Source of the DNA: Amphiscolops sp. MND2022 | Taxonomy: Eukaryota | DNA: 64,000 nucleotides | Direction of reading: 5' to 3' | NCBI GenBank assembly: GCA_964187785.1 | Contig: OZ076409.1 | Span: 93,064,001 to 93,128,000 of the forward strand | In this document: positions 60,301 to 64,000 of the stretch, in pieces | Layout of the letters: every line of letters begins with the position of its first letter | Numbering within the stretch: the first letter of the stretch is position 1 | Program-made: the position numbers and the translations under genes | Notes under the pieces: model-generated | What the model was told of the DNA's origin: nothing | Database searches by the model: none | Seen by the model: only the letters and a program-made list of their open reading frames with translations

Positions 60301-63040
60301 ACTTCAAACTATTCATGTTCAAACGTAGCCAATCGCTTATTAACAACGATTGAAACAAAAACAATAAATTCAAAAAATTCCAACTTGGTATCCAATTTGA
60401 AATTTTCCAAAATCATTTTGGCATTTTTCATCAAATTTATCAGTTTCGAAAGTAAGGGTAAGAGCTCATTGATTTTTTCGTGGTGTATTCATTCATATTG
60501 ACAGATAACAGTGAAGTGGAACAAAAATTTGTTTAAAAAGTCTGAAAATTGGAACCCCATTTTGGGGTAATCATAAAAAAGCTTGAAAAAATCGTTTATT
60601 GTGAACAAAATATTTTTCTTCGTTTAATTCTGTGGAATACGTTTTATTTTTGGAATATCAAATCTAAACATAGAATTTGTTTTGAAAAAGGCCCAAGTGA
60701 AAGTCAATTTGCAATTTTTCTGTCCAATGGAATTAAATGTACGACAAATACGACAAATACGACACCTATTCGAAACAACCATTGATCGACATTTCTGGTC
60801 TGACGAAATTTGCTTCGGTAGTTTTGTGTGGATGTTAACGTGACATGAGGCATATCTGGTTGCTCTTTTTACAACCGCCATTTCAAAAAAAAACAAGTTG
60901 AAAAATGTGTGCGATATCGAATATTGATTAAACGAAGTCATCACCTGTGAAATCGATATTTGTAAACAACATGAATTTTCTAGAACATTTTGTCTATTCG
61001 CCAGCCATATTTGTAAACAATTTGCCTCTTTTGCAAAGTACTGTTCTGAATTCACATTTACACCGTTTCTTATTTAGATGAACAAAATTTCAATTTAGTT
61101 GAATGTCGTGCTTCTAAATTCCACCAATGACAACTAAAATAAATCAATGCTACCACAATTCCAATTTAGCTGAATGAAAGCTAATTTTATTTGAATAAAC
61201 AAGAATGCTAACAAAACTCGGTAGGCAATTAAAACAGAGAGACACCAAATTGTCATTTTGATTGAATAAAAATACAATTCACTTGAATAAAATGAAAGGC
61301 CGAGAATCAAGCAGCAGTTGCATAAGGTAAACGCAGCAATTTTTCAGTCTCAGCGAAAGAAGGAGCTATTCGAAATTGGTGATTAATTTATCTAAAATGG
61401 AACTTCATTCAATTAAATTGAAATTTTGTTGCGTATTTAGTATCATCGCCACTCGCAGATTCATCTAAAATGAAATTTATTCATTCAAATTGACACCGAT
61501 CAGCGGGGACATGTAAATGGAACGATTACATCTTATTGGTGAATTCATCTAACGTGAAATTTTGTTCATCTAAAGTAGAAACAGTGTACAGTGGTGTGAA
61601 GAAAGAATGCGACTTAGTTATTAAGAATGCAAAGAATTCTCTGATCTGATTGGTCCACAAAGCCTCGCTGCTTAAATCTCATTGGTTTAACGAGACTCGA
61701 TTGCTCGCAAAAATCAGCATTTTCAATACTTTTCTGTCTTTCGGGGATAATTTTTACATGAAAATTACACCAAAAAATTTCTCTGATTTTTCTCAATCCA
61801 ATGATAGTTTTTGTTTGTGGAAATCACGAAGAAAACAAAAACGGGAGCACTTTTTCGTTCAGTAAAATTGGAAATACATGTATTAAGGTAGGAATTTCAG
61901 ACCTTCACTTGGTAAAACTCCCACCAATATACAGTTTCCAAATATATCCAAAATCAAATTTCATCTTCATTTTCGAGAGATTCGAGTGTATCTGCAAGGC
62001 AAAATTTATCAAAAAATATTTACTGGATCACTGATATTTTCTCAAAAATTAGCAGTTTTAAATATTTTCCCCCCAAAATCACATGTTTCTAACTTCGGAA
62101 ACAATGATGGTTGAATTTTCAAACAAAAATTATTGTATTCATAGCAAAAATTCAAGAAACTTTTGTTTTTACCAAATCGAACCATGTTGAATAGTTTTGG
62201 AGATATGAGACTGCAAAATTAGCCTTTTTGAGCAACTGAGTCGCATTCCTTCTTCACGCCACTGTATTTGTTTCCTCGAAACACATACTGATTTCACTTG
62301 TCTCTTTAAAACACGAGTGTTGAAAGAGCTTTATTTCACCACGTAACACTGCTCGTAAATCCGAAATCTGTGACCATCGAATGTATCTATTGCCTATTGT
62401 ATTCGGACCATTAGAGCCAATCCTCTTGTGAACACCTCGAAGTGTGAAAATTCTAGATTTTAGCAACCATTTCTTTTCCCCTCCTACGTGTTTCAAGGCG
62501 TCAGGTGGTTGCTTTATGGCTTTGTTTGCCCGTCCTGTCTAGCAAATACAGACTAGGGTGAATATTCAAGAGTGCCCCAACGTTAGTACACTGAGAAGAA
62601 AATGCCTTTTTAGCACTTCAAGGCTCTATTCCGTGTATCAGTTCCCATCCCTTAAGCTCCGCCTCTGCTTCGTTTTCGAAGCTGGTCGTTACAATATTTC
62701 GTACTCTTTCGATGCTTGAAACTAAGAGCATTGTTGACTTGAAGAACAACACTTATAAACTTCCACAGCAGATTTGCGTGCAGAAGTGTTTTTAAAAACA
62801 TATGATCTTCAGAAGAAGAAAGGTTATTTTCCCAATTCCGCGGTATGGACGCCGCCAAATAAGCAGACCTGTGTTTCCGAGTCGGCGCCTTTTCCGATAC
62901 TAGGATACTACTTAGTGTATACTTATAGGAAACTCGTCCAAGAAACAACAAAACAATTAGACTTAATTTGGAAAGATTTCACTTGAAAAACTTCCAGAAA
63001 AACTAGCCGCCAAGAGCTCGCCGGCAATAGGTATATATGT

Positions 63041-64000
63041 AACCAGAGCCGCATATGCGGTAAAGGAGTCGGCTTAGGTCTTTTTCCTTCTCGCTCCAAT
63101 CCCAGTCATACGAATTTATTGAAATTGCACAAATATGACCATACTATAGTGTAGAAAATGACGTAGAAATTTTCGTTCGAATCGTATGGACAGTTTTTGC
63201 AAAAATGAAAAGTCGAAAAATGGCTGTTTTTTGGCCATTTTTGGCTTAATTTTGGCTATGTTTCTCACATCCCAGCAATACGAGTTCGATGAAATTGCCC
63301 ACAAAGGACCAAAATATGGTTTAAAATGACTATAGAAAATTTCGTTCGAATCGTATGGACAGTTTTTGAGAAAATCGAAAAATATCGAAAAATGACTGTT
63401 TTTCGGCCATTTTTGGGGTAATTTTGGCTATGATTCTCACATCGCAGCCATATGAACTTGATGAAATTACACACAAAGGACCGTAAGATGGTGTAGAATG
63501 ACTGTAGAAAATTTTGTCCGAATCGTATGGACGATTTTTTGAGAAAATTGAAAAAAGTCAAAAAGTCGAAAAATTGCTGTTTTTTGGCCATTTTGGGCTA
63601 ATTTTGGCTATGTTTTTCGTCCCAGTCATACGATTTTGATGCCTTTGCGCAAACAGGGGCCCCTTTGGGTGTAGAACGACTGTGAAAAATTTTATCGTAT
63701 GGGCAGTTTTTGAGAAATTTGAAATTTTCATGAAACGGTCTGGAGAAAAACCAGAGCCGCATATGCGGTAAAGGAGTCGGCGTAGGTCTTTTTCCTTCTG
63801 ACTCGCTCCAATCCCAGTTATACGAATTTATCGAAATTGCACACATAGAACCATATTATGGTGTAGAAAATGACTGTAGAAATTTTCGTTCGATTCGTAT
63901 GGACAGTTTTTGCAAAAATCAAGAAAAGTAGAAAAATGGCTGTTTGTTGGCCACTTTGGGTTAGTTTTGGCTATGTTTCTCATATCCCAGCCATACGAAT
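63041..64000 (+). repeat. Satellite-like array: 170-190 bp subunits within a roughly 708-bp higher-order unit
   Basis: aaccagagccgcatatgcggtaaaggagtcgg at 63041 and 63749; tcccag..atacga subunit heads near 63099, 63269, 63441, 63619, 63811, 63984; runs off the window end. Confidence 0.8.

Overview
AT-rich, repeat-dominated eukaryotic (probably invertebrate animal) genomic DNA with one 200-N assembly gap; no host protein-coding gene could be identified with confidence. The main feature is an intact, very young 17,838-bp Ty3/Gypsy-type LTR element (10531-28368). It has two 416-bp LTRs in which I see no difference, TG..CA ends and a TAAC target-site duplication. It is organised like a complex enveloped virus: a leader with an array of covarying RNA hairpin motifs (including a circularly permuted copy), two small transmembrane ORFs, a 2691-aa single-frame Gag-Pol, a Met-less ORF carrying PSAP and LYPPL late-domain-like motifs, a 911-aa envelope resembling chuvirus-type class III glycoproteins, and two further unknown ORFs. 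It sits inside a CCC..GGG MITE. The rest of the window is a mosaic of CCC..GGG MITEs with 2-bp TSDs (CMC/EnSpm-like), Helentron/HINE-like repeats, a foldback, tandem duplications and a satellite-like array. All family assignments rest on motif recognition by eye; no search was run.
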